From a virus (lineage: Duplodnaviria; Heunggongvirae; Uroviricota; Caudoviricetes): a stretch of DNA of 58,781 bases. The notes beneath the pieces were generated by a model. The model saw nothing but the letters and a program-made list of their open reading frames with translations. It did no database searches and had not been told where the DNA came from. Positions 20,001 through 30,700 of this stretch are shown piece after piece. The first letter of the stretch is position 1. The number at the start of each line of letters is the position of its first letter. Location of the stretch: IMG/VR virus record IMGVR_UViG_2879469214_000007, positions 64,001-122,781 of that record, one strand, 5' to 3'. The translations under genes were made by a program, and so were the position numbers.

Positions 20001-21140
20001 TGTCGTAATATTACCGCTGGCAATATGTGCTGTTTTAATTTCAGCGTTTCCGATTTTGGCGCTGGTTATTGCACCGTTCGCAATGTTCGCATTGGTAATT
20101 GCCGCATCGCCTATAACACCAGAAGCCGCTGTGATTGTACCCACCTTAATTGCGCTTGCTGTAATTGTGTTTGTGAGGATTGTTCCTCCATCAACTACAG
20201 TTTGAGCTTGGGTCATGTTCCTTGCCGGGATGATTTCCCTTGCTAGTGATGGACCAGCCCATTCTAATTTAATATTAGACACTCCGGTTCCCTCAACATA
20301 GTCCAATCTAATCGGATACCATGTATCCTTGCTTAAGGTAATTGTTCCGCTGGCTTCACCATCAGCGCTAGAATCAATTATTTGATTATTGTCTACCCAT
20401 AGCTTGCTTCCTTCGTCAGAGGTCACATAGAATGTGTACTGCCCTGCAACCGGTGCGAAAATCATACCTTGCCATCTGATAGCGAAGTTATCATTCTGAC
20501 CCACAAGGCTAGGTGAACCTGTTCCCCAGTCGAAGTAAATTGGACCTTCTACCCTTGAGCCTTTAAACACCTCGAATTTGTTACTACCGCCTGAATTAGT
20601 AAAGTATTGACCTAATAATCCAAACTCTCTTGCAGAAATGTTCAGCTTACTTGCATCCACTGAATTAGCCGCAATTTTTTCTGAGGTAATTGAGTTTGCT
20701 GAAATCGCATCCGCCGTTACAGCATTTGCAGAGATATGGTAAGCTTCGATGGCTTGAGCCTTAATATGAACAGCTTCAATTGTTGCCGCTCGGATATGGT
20801 CGGAGTTAATTACCCCATTCGCCATGTCAGTTTGTGAAACAATCTTAACTTCATTATTAATGTTCACTAGACCGCTCGACATACCGTTGCTGTTGCCGCC
20901 ATTAGCTACTGGCTGTCCGTTCCTCCAACTAACCGTTACCCAGTCGCCCACCTTCGGAACATAGTTTCCTTCTACGGAAACCGATTCAAGGATAACTAGC
21001 GAACCGGATGCGTCTCTAGCTCCACCCATATTCACATTGATTAACTTGTCGTTGATTAGAGAAACAACCTCGCCATAATCAGCATAGGTTGAGTTTGTGC
21101 TATTCTGCTCGTACATCAGCAGTCTTCTAAAATCGCTCAA
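14049..21140 (-). CDS. Large tail-tip/host-specificity protein (PA14, YVTN beta-propeller, F5/8 discoidin, fibre domains)
   Basis: I-x-A-x-x-I repeats, a PA14 domain (GLLGQYF..FAIRWQG..YPIRLDYVEG) at ~20220-20620, YVTN-type blades, and a discoidin-like domain (ITLDLG..EVSEDGTNW..VRYIR) at ~16770-17090. Confidence 0.85.
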   Translation of the reverse strand: MSDFRRLLMYEQNSTNSTYADYGEVVSLINDKLINVNMGGARDASGSLVILESVSVEGNYVPKVGDWVTVSWRNGQPVANGGNSNGMSSGLVNINNEVKIVSQTDMANGVINSDHIRAATIEAVHIKAQAIEAYHISANAVTADAISANSITSEKIAANSVDASKLNISAREFGLLGQYFTNSGGSNKFEVFKGSRVEGPIYFDWGTGSPSLVGQNDNFAIRWQGMIFAPVAGQYTFYVTSDEGSKLWVDNNQIIDSSADGEASGTITLSKDTWYPIRLDYVEGTGVSNIKLEWAGPSLAREIIPARNMTQAQTVVDGGTILTNTITASAIKVGTITAASGVIGDAAITNANIANGAITSAKIGNAEIKTAHIASGNITTALIADASITNAKVKDLDAGKITTGYLSASVIAAESIVGSMISGSTITGDKIAVNTIDTNNLRAGAVTATKIAAGAITGEKIAAETITSEKIRSGSISAEHISAKGLDANLINVYNSQTGQVLIGGGYVRVDGLDVGVIQSDNLIGNGLFLTASSAYGMKRDNQAGEAILGNISNMPGAHEVWKMDAVTGQRLATLAIPAKKPVDFAIDTDGTFAYVTVQGDNSFVQVDLKNFTLTGESLAMGVGPGNMLYSGDKLHDMKHFFVINNDPSDTNIPDSVIVVDAPPASVDDDLYVHHWWEVGNTPYDMVLDDSLKVYITQAGQGDIAVVDVSNHNSRYWKVIGNIPISAYMTDNYHGGLSGVFGLGAAVGGDSSAAYDQSAKSGGSTESSEHAHHMHSGYGQPTGSLKQYEPHGIALSSDPDTLYVCDFKNNELLVIDKHGKAPYNDMTGLHSQGNMGSMSDMTPPIEVVTGGGGHTGHTMSMATATDSTMTTMMDMDMDHGGMDHGDTGNHDMTGMNDGSPKTAMLMEGGGPTTNYVRYRIPIGNAPDYVTVKDGKVFVSLQGAGKIAVINEQDIINEIVADREYYKGLLGDIPYGDYPFFPMRDLPTFNIRTIEVGSKPSKMVDGGDGLLYALISAQSQVAKIDTATETFTTINVGPNPKGICFSNDKSSFYVVNHGGSGDLSFVYPSGPYIGDAFLGLEGGISLQGAEFWIPDRSDWIYDSNGVIRSYSTIEFRINEPFLNEGGYVRLALSGRDYQYAQIEQDIYTVTNYSNGNNLVEAHDEKLMPLDAENKQFQPQTPWLPTPKPVFKVEVPISGGAVNIITPNENDYTVTYGTDALVKFKEGIVPESGFVVASYTARNDLYFKPHNGSLIVATENGSSPNFDTTFEIDEFVPKFIIFDNQQTSAFTPVEDGINEQYPGLEYSMMTNRALKIPGSQITLSGGTNTWYRGHEGDNSPDDITRIVDGITSPDYLYFDAGSGPASITLDLGKTYMIGMVHVLRYYTDGRTYHETKLEVSEDGTNWDVVFDSAIEGEYAEDPMGMPMMFMFDPRPVRYIRDSSNGSTANDANHWIEIEAFGDWEVEYDYFYPEGSEMAGQQMATNGRCVVTTDIQDAYVAYDAQIEFTSWWYMTYLVGPQFGRLKVEMPSMGGDHFLSLDAPYLNKIAHRHIMTWNPSENIKADASTGVKAGKHRAIIRQVSGKISLDRFRIEDYQFYARNSLLTTNQTVSSYSRKKIVAEQSKWYEGKGRQSTEGAYDTPRKNPDTGLPDKSVPLKYRFRVKAELSANGVSEERGVAYVTSTIFETGKLHTNWRRSESIDSIPSNKIQNWDANQPGNTGIQTQHLANGAVRGPKILPHAVMDYHISPYARIEEHKLNLKYPTHNHANKMILDSISSVTGDAMSDNVIVAVPYLKSNYYDKSQVDNLIASVSGGGGGGGGATIGGNPLITGNIQFSNPTNGQLSSIQQIDGDLWMMINAYYSGNSFYRIDLTKYAFGYQMQSYNNMVFEEMPGVTLWRAVPSSEKLIGPYATYGGWELMQTSTAYRDFVIGGSNFELDGAGSGPFGRVNFVNGDGIYLTTNAFWLGSSFGKDSADKPAYGIKIGQNGGISYVSAPAGGTSVNWTAKELWHKGNLDPTGVNVDLSKLPAGAMASGNFTIGGDGDLWVGSTTAGNAGQVVVRNSTGENRIQLDAGNTGKLTGVNTYLDANGGATFAGTVSIYRLAVSSASLVTNLNAEKLNGYKDTDFVKNNALLDFGGYGVLEDNSLMVTAQAVPNMTVQVGAGTFYTSAGRSIWYTGGSVALTTSSATYDRIDVIFIRGVGYGTSLEGTIGVATGTPAPNPLEPFIVPGSIKLATIRVGKNVGSILQSNITDIREMKPVLYDNYNKSMRYRSGIKTDTIGPNVANTVTVSAPLKGTFARSITIPAGSTAIAWEHNFNLPRYAITWSSNSPNRHIYWTGKTDNSIILNIDDISDVNIIIDAVITAY

Positions 21141-21170
21141 TGATTAAATCTCCTTTCCATTTGTGTTGCA

Positions 21171-22739
21171 TTAATTGGTGACAGCATCCGCTATTTTTGT
21201 AAGTGAAATCGTTGATGATTCAGCAGATGATTTTCCAAATTTATTGATTGCAACTATCTTGTATTGGTTCGCCCCAGCAAGTGCCGTGTAGTCGTACCAA
21301 AAGTTCACTATTAAATTTTGTGCTTCTATATAGGATTTCACGGATGCAACCGGGAAGAACTGCGAATCTGCTGGTCCTTTTCGATAAATTGTGTACCCGC
21401 CAAAATCGTTAGATAAAGCATTACCACTTATGTCTTGGGTCGGTTGATTCCATTTCAACATTGGATAATAAGCTGTCTTCGTGTATCCAACCCATCCTGA
21501 ACCAGCGTAGTTCTGCACCGCTCTCGTGATAAATGTGCTTGTGAGATTAGTTGCTGGCTTAGGAGCAATAGATTCGCTGGGCTTATATGCATTGTAGCCG
21601 TGGAGAGTCAGGGTAGTTCTTTTCTTATCGTTCGTAAAGCTGTCTCTTAAGGAAACAACTCTGTATTTATAGGTAATGGCATTTGTGCCAAGTCTCGTGT
21701 TTACAAGAGAAACGATATCTCCACACTGAATGTGCGGCATTAAAGGAACTTCTATCCTATCCACAGGAATGACATATGCGTAATCAGCCAATATGTTATC
21801 GACAAGCCTATGACCCTGCTCTGCTGTTGTCAGAATGGAAGAAAGGCTCCTGTGTACCTCGAAGTATCTTCTACCGTATTTAGCGATAGATTCTTCGTCT
21901 TTCTTTTCGATTGGGTCAAGCCCCTGCACCCTGAGCATAATGTGATTTCTGACATCAGAATCGCTTGTGGAAAGGCTATCTTTTATCAGCACGCTTTCAT
22001 CAAAGGTGTGAACCGAAGGCGCTTTTGAGTAGTCTCTTATTATATTCTTCATTCGCAAGATTCCGTTTTCGTCGAACATTACACAGAAGTTAAATGCATC
22101 TGCAATCTGCTGGATAGCGTCCCAAAGGTTAATGTCTTTGGCTGTGTAAGGCTGGTTCGGTAACCCGACTACAAAGTTTGTTGGGTCGTCTACTGCCATC
22201 GTGATTTTTTCATCAGGGAGGAAGGTTGTAATAAGGTCTTGAATTACCTTTTCCGCAAGGGTTAAAGCGGGGGTTGCCAGAGGGGAGTATGTCTTACTCT
22301 GATAAATATAGGTGTCTTGGAATCGTTTGGATTTATCCCTAACAGTTAGGTTGACGACTCCCGGCATTGTGTCTGCGTCAATTTCATCACCGAGTAATCC
22401 GGTGAATTTTTTAACATACTCATAGCCGTTGGTGGTTAGTATCCCTTCCCAAATCTCAAGAATATGGTTTGAGTCCAGCAAAGGGTCATATACCCCTGCC
22501 ACCTGATTTGTTAAGCTTGCTTGATTGACTGGCGAAAGCGCGTAGTCATAATTATCAAGCTCAATGTTGGCAAAAGTGCTTCTCCTTTCCCACTCGCAAC
22601 TGATATCACCGGAAATTACTCTGTCGCTAATGTCTATCGGAACAGCATTCGGGCTATTCCTTGTGATTTGCGCCTTGTATTTCCAAAATCTATTATTAGA
22701 CTGAAAGGCTTGTTTAAATGCATCTGTTACTGTAATCAA
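21171..22739 (-). CDS. Tail tip/baseplate hub-like protein with C-terminal Fn3-like domain
   Basis: Follows the distal-tail genes. Has the LWDAIQQIADAFN..FDENGILR hub pattern, ESIAKYGRR, and a C-terminal GYTIYRK..YKIVAIN unit. Confidence 0.7.
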   Translation of the reverse strand: MITVTDAFKQAFQSNNRFWKYKAQITRNSPNAVPIDISDRVISGDISCEWERRSTFANIELDNYDYALSPVNQASLTNQVAGVYDPLLDSNHILEIWEGILTTNGYEYVKKFTGLLGDEIDADTMPGVVNLTVRDKSKRFQDTYIYQSKTYSPLATPALTLAEKVIQDLITTFLPDEKITMAVDDPTNFVVGLPNQPYTAKDINLWDAIQQIADAFNFCVMFDENGILRMKNIIRDYSKAPSVHTFDESVLIKDSLSTSDSDVRNHIMLRVQGLDPIEKKDEESIAKYGRRYFEVHRSLSSILTTAEQGHRLVDNILADYAYVIPVDRIEVPLMPHIQCGDIVSLVNTRLGTNAITYKYRVVSLRDSFTNDKKRTTLTLHGYNAYKPSESIAPKPATNLTSTFITRAVQNYAGSGWVGYTKTAYYPMLKWNQPTQDISGNALSNDFGGYTIYRKGPADSQFFPVASVKSYIEAQNLIVNFWYDYTALAGANQYKIVAINKFGKSSAESSTISLTKIADAVTN

Positions 22740-22758
22740 GATTATTCTTTTCTCCTTC

Positions 22759-23766
22759 CTATATTATTTTCCCGCTTAAGGTGATGGAGTACCTTGCATC
22801 CTGCTTATTTCTTTTTCTATCCACCGTCATATCCTGCATGAGTGTATAAAATGCTCTGTTCTTTTCATCTGTAATGAGCACTATGCCATTTTTCATCTCG
22901 GCTCTGATTAACTCAATGTCTACTCCGCAAACATTAGGATATATTTTTATAATTTTATTTGCTGTTAAGACAGTAAAATCGCCAGTGAAAGAACCATATA
23001 TTATACTTATATTATATCCTAGAGTAGTTGCAGGAAGTTCATTGCCGTAAACCACATTGAATCCAGCATCTAAATAGGTTAGTGTTTGTTTTTTAATGAA
23101 GCCACAGAAGTCTTTATAAAAGTGAATGCCACGATATGCCCCTAATGAATTGGCTTTATTGAAATCATAATCGTCCATTTGCTTAATGAGCGTTGTTGTG
23201 CCATTTGAATAATCCGTTTTAAATATTTTACCGAACTTGCACATTACATAGAGGTTACTTCCGTAATCCCATGCTATGCTTGAGCAGTTGATGTAATCTG
23301 TGTCTGTAACTGTATATTTACTAATTTGGTTGCAAGATTCGTCAGTAATATATAAATACCCTGATGACCCTTCCACAAAAAAAAGAGCCAACCTATCATC
23401 CAAATGCGCAATAGCAACAGGTGTTCCAGATAATGAATGGCTTGCAGTTCTTGCCAGAGTTCCATCTTTCCTGATAACATCAACAGCGCCGCTACGCAAG
23501 CAATAAAGCTCTCCGCTTACCCTCTTCTCTGCAATTGCAGAATAGTGGTTTGCGGCAGTCGTTTTAATTGCATTTTTTTCGTAATAGGTTGGCTTATCAT
23601 AGAGGTCTATGACAAAATTTATGCTATTATCGTAGTACGGATTTGTATTAGTCATTGCCCCGGAAAGTGTAGCCTGTTCTCCGCTTGTTGCCTTCTTGCT
23701 TCTTGAGTCGCTATATGGGTTATAAGTAAACTCATATGAACCAAATTTCCATCGTTGTATCGCCAT
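22759..23766 (-). CDS. Distal-tail-like protein with inserted beta-propeller (paralog B)
   Basis: RWKFGSYEFTYNP N-terminus, a propeller-like middle, and synteny after the TMP. Confidence 0.55.
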   Translation of the reverse strand: MAIQRWKFGSYEFTYNPYSDSRSKKATSGEQATLSGAMTNTNPYYDNSINFVIDLYDKPTYYEKNAIKTTAANHYSAIAEKRVSGELYCLRSGAVDVIRKDGTLARTASHSLSGTPVAIAHLDDRLALFFVEGSSGYLYITDESCNQISKYTVTDTDYINCSSIAWDYGSNLYVMCKFGKIFKTDYSNGTTTLIKQMDDYDFNKANSLGAYRGIHFYKDFCGFIKKQTLTYLDAGFNVVYGNELPATTLGYNISIIYGSFTGDFTVLTANKIIKIYPNVCGVDIELIRAEMKNGIVLITDEKNRAFYTLMQDMTVDRKRNKQDARYSITLSGKII

Positions 23767-23770
23767 TCCC

Positions 23771-24751
23771 TTACCCCCTGTCCACTTTGGTTATTGTCAT
23801 TGATACTTCATACATATGTTCAAATTCCAGTCTTCGTTTTATGCTCATATTGCTCACCATAACTTTCATACTTACTCCCATGTCGGTTATCATGTTTACG
23901 AACGCATAATTTTCTATCTCGTACTGGAACAAATGCAAGTCACACTCTACTGTATTGCCGTCTATTTTTTGCAATACATTATTTTGATTTATAGTATAAA
24001 AATATTTCCCATCATAAGTTACGTCATAAACTGGGTTCATTTTATCGAAGTAGATTTGGTTGATGATTTTCCCTGTTTTTGTATCAACATGGTATAGCTT
24101 ATTATATGAATCCCTGTTTCCTACAATGAGGAAATTGCTATCAGAAGATAGCCCTGAGTAATAGAGTTCATATGGCAACACAACGATACTTACCTTAGCA
24201 AAATCATTGGTTCTTATTTTCTCTATGTTCCCGTTGGTTCTTAGTAACCATAGGTATCCATTGAAATATCTAACACCGGAGCACTCCATTGTCTTCGAAA
24301 TGGTTCCAGATGAAACAATATTCCCATTGAAATCCAACTGAGTTATGCTATCGGTTGACGAATTAACACTAGAAACTAACCAAAAACGATTAGATACAAC
24401 ATCTAGGTTTACATAATTCTTATTCTGTAAATTAGATAGTGAAACACTCGAAACTCTATTTGATAAATTACTGCTGTACACATCTATTCTATCGTTTACC
24501 CTGTTGAGCACATACAATTGCCCATTATCAAAGCATACTGCCGAAGAGTTTTGGACTACCGCCTGTGCGATAGCCCTACTCCTTGGTTGATAGAAGACTG
24601 ATGTTACACTATGACTGTCTTTTAAAAAGCTTGGTTGGGAGATAGTGGCACCCGAAAGGGTACGCACATTGTCTCCCACTAGCTCAGTTGAGGTTTCCAT
24701 TCCATTGGGATTTACCCCAAATTCATAGTTGCCATATTTCCATCTGGTCAT
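23771..24751 (-). CDS. Distal-tail-like protein with inserted beta-propeller (paralog A)
   Basis: RWKYGNYEFGVNP N-terminus; overlaps the TMP stop codon; repeated blade motifs. Confidence 0.55.
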   Translation of the reverse strand: MTRWKYGNYEFGVNPNGMETSTELVGDNVRTLSGATISQPSFLKDSHSVTSVFYQPRSRAIAQAVVQNSSAVCFDNGQLYVLNRVNDRIDVYSSNLSNRVSSVSLSNLQNKNYVNLDVVSNRFWLVSSVNSSTDSITQLDFNGNIVSSGTISKTMECSGVRYFNGYLWLLRTNGNIEKIRTNDFAKVSIVVLPYELYYSGLSSDSNFLIVGNRDSYNKLYHVDTKTGKIINQIYFDKMNPVYDVTYDGKYFYTINQNNVLQKIDGNTVECDLHLFQYEIENYAFVNMITDMGVSMKVMVSNMSIKRRLEFEHMYEVSMTITKVDRG

Positions 24752-27700
24752 GAGTAACCAACAACTCCTTTATTGCGAAGATTTGTTAACCTATTTTGCC
24801 TTTGAACCTCATTCACCGCAATCGTTACAGCGCGAGAAATTGCTTCTTCATAAGCCGCTTCATCTGCTCCTGCGCCAGCTACATCAACCGACACATTTAC
24901 ATTTGTCCCACCATTACTTGTGCTTGAGGAACTGGATACCCCGCCTTCAAGGAAATGGTTTAGGAAGCTTCCTAACTGACCTTTTTGGAAGATAGTTTCA
25001 TCATTCTGCAATACTGCACTAAATTCGTTTGATGATAACTGGTCGCCCCTAGCGAAGTTCATTGCTCCACCAATACCGCCAGTATGATACTTCCCTTTTT
25101 TAAAGACATTGTTCCAGTCAACTGAGTTTTGGAAATCATTTAGCTTGCCCTGATTGTACTCAGCCGCATCAGCCGCGTCTTTAATTTTGCTTGGGTCGCC
25201 GCTTACAATTCCACTAATATAGTCTTTTGTTGCATCAGAGTAACCAGGGTTGTTTACAACGCTACCTATTGCATCTGATAGTGAGCCACTGCTACTTCCA
25301 CCGCTTGAACTACTTGACCCGCCGCTGTATCCACCTGAACTGCCTGAACTGCTTGAGCTACCTGAACTGCTTGAGCTTGATGGGTTTGCTACCGCATTTT
25401 TAGCATTGATTGCAGAAACTACGCCGCCCACACCATTGATTACACCCTCAATCTTGGAAGCCAGTGTATCGCTCATTCCAGTTACGCCAGTATCTATACC
25501 ATCAAGATATTTCGTCATGTCGAACTGACTAAGCTTACTGTCTTGCAAGAGTTTTTGGATTGCATCAATTCCGAGTGTAGATGGGTCAATACCGTCACCT
25601 AATGCCTGAACAATATCCTCTGTGCCCGGAATTAAAGCTAAAGCTTCACGAACCGCATTCGCTGTAGAATGTGACTGAGCTTTTCCGTCTGTGTCTAATC
25701 CAATACTTCCGTTATAAGAAGTTTTCAAATCAATGATAGCTTGGAGAGCTTCTTTAACCGGATTCCATTTCACACCAGTTTGGAATGGAGTAGACAGGCT
25801 ACCACCACCCCCAGCGGGAGCGAGAACATCTTCAATTGGCTTAGTCACAAAATCAGGAACACCAGTAGGGATACTGCTCATAGGAGGAAGAACGATTTCT
25901 CCCTTAGCGCCACCCGGCGAAGTTGGAGAACCGGCTTCATTTACAATTGTCCCGTCTGCATAGCCCCATTGACCAAGGTCTTGGGCAGTTTTTGGCTTCT
26001 CAATTTCATACAAATAGTCATCAATTTTGAAACCAGTTGGGGCATTAAATAGCTGGTCTTTAAGAACTCCAAAGATTCCATCTGTAGATGCAGTTATTTG
26101 TTGAATGAGTGGCAGGAATGGTGCGAGAGCATCATCTATTTTCTTTTTGAAGTCTGTTGTATTGAATGCGTTAATGCTCTTGTTTGCATCCCCCGTTGTT
26201 AACGAGCCTACAATGCTTGTCACAAGACCATTCATTACATCTTGCAAACCTGATTGTTGGAGTACAATATTAGACATTTGACCAGAAATAGAACCTGCTA
26301 ATCCATCCTTAATGCTTTGAACGAACTCTCCCGGTGCATCGAAGCTACCTTGCATCCCACTCTTAAGAGCATCGGCTAGCGAGCTTGAGAAGGTGCTTTG
26401 CATAGCATCTGTCATGTTTACCGCTTGAGTTTTAATCTCGTCTTGCATATCACGAAGATTATTCAGTCTCTCCATGTATTCTTTCAAGCTAATTGCCCCA
26501 GCTTTGAAAGCTCCTACAACGGCACTCCTGTAATCGTTCATGACGTTAATCATCTTGTCATGGGATTCAGAAATAATTTGTAGGTTGACGAGCTGTTCAT
26601 TTGCATCTAACGAACCTTTGCTGGTTTGGTATTTGCTTATCGCGGCTTCTCTATTGTCCTTAGAAAGAACATAGTCACGGCTTTGAGTGTACGCCCTAGC
26701 ATTGATATATGCGTAAACGCCTTTGCTAGTTTGTTCGAAATACTTTTTGGAGAGTTCGGTTTTTTTGTTTTCCAGCTCGATGACTTTATCTTGAAGTGCT
26801 ACCGCATCCTCAAGAGCTAAGTACCAGTTGTTCGTACCTTGCTTCATCTTATCAAGCTGACCAGCTACAGCTACCATTTGCTTAACAAGCAATTTCACTT
26901 CATCGGCATACTGCAACTCTTTACTTTTCAGCAAGTCTTTGTAGTTATAGCCGTGGTTATCAAACAAGGTTTGGCGAATTTCTGTTTGCTTCTTCCTTGT
27001 CATGTAGGTGCTGTCCATCTCGTTGATTTGTTGCATTTTTTGATAGTAGCCTACGCTTCCCCCATTGCCAGCCTTGTCCATGTTCTCAAGGTTAGATAGC
27101 TCTCCTTGGATTAACTTGAACGCTTCGGTAGCATTTTGATTAGGGTCTTTGTATGCCATATCTGCATATCTATCAGCTAAAGTCTCAAGATTTTTGGTAT
27201 TCTTCTTAAGCTCTGAAATCAGATTTCCGTTTTCAAGAAGGTTCTTGAGAGATTGATACTGAGCGCTTGCAACCTGTCTGTCGGCAGTAGACTTCGTTTT
27301 GTCGTTTGCATCCTTAGCCAGTTGTTGTAAGAACTTAGGAGCATTCTTAATGAAGTCGTTGTTCGCTTTGATTGCATCTGCAACTTGCAAACGAGAGTCT
27401 TTCAATGTGTCCATTTGGAAGTTCTTGTAGTCGAATTTCCCTTGACCATTGATTGGCATTTTGGAAACATAATCAGCCATCGTCTCATTGTAGCCGTACT
27501 TGATGGTGTTTTTCTGAGACATCAATGCGTTGGCTTCGCTAGTAAACGCACCTTTTACAGCTTGTTTAGCTTGGTTTATCATGTCAGTGAACGCTTGCTT
27601 CATGTCAGCTATTGCTTGGTCTTGTTGGCTTCCGATTAGATTATCGGTAATATTGGATGCATCAATGCCCGGATACCTTCTGGCACCATCGTAATTACTG

Positions 27701-30700
27701 CTCCAATATTTAGATGTCAAGTCGCCTTCTTTTAAGCCTTTATTCCCCATCTGCATAAACTTATTGTTTCCTGTGTAGATGCCTACATGGGAAGCAGTTC
27801 TGCCTTGGTCAGTATGGAAGAATACAAGGTCGCCAGCTTTTAAGTCGCTCTTGGCTACTTTCTGACCGCGTGGGTCATTGTACTGCTCTGCCGCTGTTCT
27901 TGGTAAATTAATGCCGAGGAACTGGTCGAACATCTCTTGGACGAACATTGAGCAATCAGAAAGGGCTTGTTGAACGAACTCTTGGTATGAGCCTTGGAAC
28001 TTACCGTTGATTTTTTGGTAAACAAACTTACCGCTTGAGGACAGCTTATCCATTTCTTCAACCATGTTGGTGAGAGGACTGCTTGTAGGCAAGGTTGGAG
28101 TCTCCGTACCAGAAACAGCATTTTTACCAAACCCTTGCATGATTTGAGCAACACCTTGAACCCATTCATCATGAGAGTTGTATTGGTGAGTTGATGGACC
28201 TTGAGGACCCATGGTGAGGATTGTATCCTGACCTTTGGCAGTGTAGTATTTCGCAATCCACTTAGCGCCTTCAATAATACCTTCTCTTACGGAATCATAT
28301 TTGTAGGCATTGCCGTTCGGGTTAGTATCATCTGCTCCAATGCTATATACCGCATTTTTCTCCTTCGCAATGTTACCCCTACCCCAACCGGATTCCTTAG
28401 CCGCTAATGAAAGTAAGAATACTGGGTCAAGACCCGACACATTTGCCGCATCAATAAAGTCTTGTCCTTTACCTTTGAGGATACTGCTTCCTGCTGATGC
28501 ATTCTTGGCTAATTGCTTGTCCAAATAAGCATTCAATTCATCTGCCGTTACCGATGTTTGAAGAGTTAGCTTCTTATTCGCAAGCGTCTTCCAGCTAGCA
28601 TCAGAAGTGCCAGCATTTCCAGCAACACTATTACTGGTGCTCGTTGTTTTCCCTGCCGCCGCAATACCAGCTAATGCGCTTGCTACGCCAGAAGCAGAAG
28701 TTGAAGAGGATGTCGGCTTAAAGTTTTTAAGCAAACCTAGAGGGTCATCGAATACACCGTTTACTCTATTTGCTGTCTCTTGAGAGATTGGTCCTAACCC
28801 TAGTGCAAGATTGGAAGCCGCCGTAGCGCTTGTAACCGAGGTTGGAGCTGTGGAAGTAGATGTGTCTGTAGTTGTTGTAGTTGAATCAGTGTTTGCATTC
28901 AATTGGCTTACAACTGTATTCAGAGCTTCGAGGTTTGTGTTGAGGATTTGTTGCAGTGTATCCATGCTATCTTGCATAGCTTGAGCCGCTTGAAGTTGTT
29001 TGTCAGATACATCTTGGAAATCAGTATCAATGATATTTTTAAGAGGGTCTAGGAAAGCCGCCTTAATTTTATCAGTGTATGTTCCCTTGATTTCTGCCAA
29101 TGCTTCTTTCAGCTTAGTTGCATCATCGCCATAAGTAACCAATGACTTCTTGATTTGCTCAGTGACTTCGATGTAACTGTCCCTTGCGCTTTCAGATTGC
29201 TCTTTCAGATACTCGTTCCTGTTAAAGTTCGGTGTCAGAACAGATTTTAGGTTCGCCATGTCAGGACTTACTTTTTGACCGATGCCAATGTCTTTCAATT
29301 GACCAGTCAGGGTCTTGCTAAGTTCAATCCTGTCGTTAACGCTCTCCCACATATCTTTGTACTTATCCGAATTAAGAACAAGTTCTTTCATAGCGTCGAT
29401 TTGTTGCTTCAACGCTTCAAGCGATGCGTTCTGGTTAGCTTGGGTTTCATAGAGCTTCTCATTCAATTGCATTACAGCGGATTGCTCTGCTGTTAACCCA
29501 TCAGCACCCGGATTGTACAGGGCTGACAATGAAAAGTCTTGCTCTGGATTTTGCAACTTATAGCTGTCCATAGTTTGCTGAATTTGAGCCGCCTGAGCTT
29601 GGTAGAGCTTAGCTTCCTGTGCCATGCTTGTGAAAGCATTCTCCATTGCTACTCTCTTGTCATCATTATTAGCCGCCATGGTGATTGCGTGAGTATCTTT
29701 TCCAACATTCGATTGAACCTTTTTCAAGGCACCATCGAATACGCTAGCTCCACTCGCCGCCACCAAGTAGGAAATGGACAATTGCTTAAGGTTGGTGATT
29801 TGCTGTGTCAAGGAGCTTGTGATGTCGTCGATTGACTTCTTCGCTTGCTCTTGAGATTGTTGGCTGTTGTAATTGTCTACCAAGGATTTTGCATAGTTGT
29901 ACTTAGCTTTGTCTTCATCAGAACCGCCAGTAACATCATATGCTCCGGTAAACTCATTTACAGAACCCGCTTCTTTTGCCGAGTTAAACGCTTCGGTTAT
30001 AGACTGGATATATTCTTGCCCTTTATCCATTCCCATTAGCGCATTCTGAGCCTGTAGACTTCTTAGGGCGTTGTCGCTTGCACTAGCGGCAATCTTGTCA
30101 TTCTCAGCCTTAAGTGTTGCATAGTCTTGGGATAGTCTAGCGACCGCATCTGTAGCATTGCCTAGCTCTGCTGTGTAATACGATGCGCTATTCTCGCCGC
30201 CGCCCATGAACTTAGTTGAGTTCAGTGCAGAAGCAATGCTTTGAACCTGAGTGATTTTATTCAATCTCTCTTGAATATCTGTTACAGTAGCCAAGCTATT
30301 AGCATAATCAACCGCATTAGAGTTCGCCTTTTCCCACTCAATTGACAGGGAGCCAGTCCCATTTACAAGTGCGTCAGTTATCTCTAAATACTTTTCATAT
30401 GTGTTTTCCTTGCCACCGCCGATACCGAACAGGTCAAGAGCGCCATTTTTTCTTTCTCCGGCAACTTCATCTTGGTACTTAAATTCAAAAACTCCTGCAC
30501 CATAGTTTTGAAGCTCCATGCCGTTCTTACCTAATTCATCAATGATTTTCCTGAACTCTTCTGATTCTTTGTACTTCGTTTCATCTGTTACCCCATCAAT
30601 TTTTCCGAATGAGGAATAGTTCATCAAAGTATTTTTTCTATCAAACAAATATTGGGCTTTGTCATATTCGTTCAAATCAGAGGGCATATCTTTTTGAATT

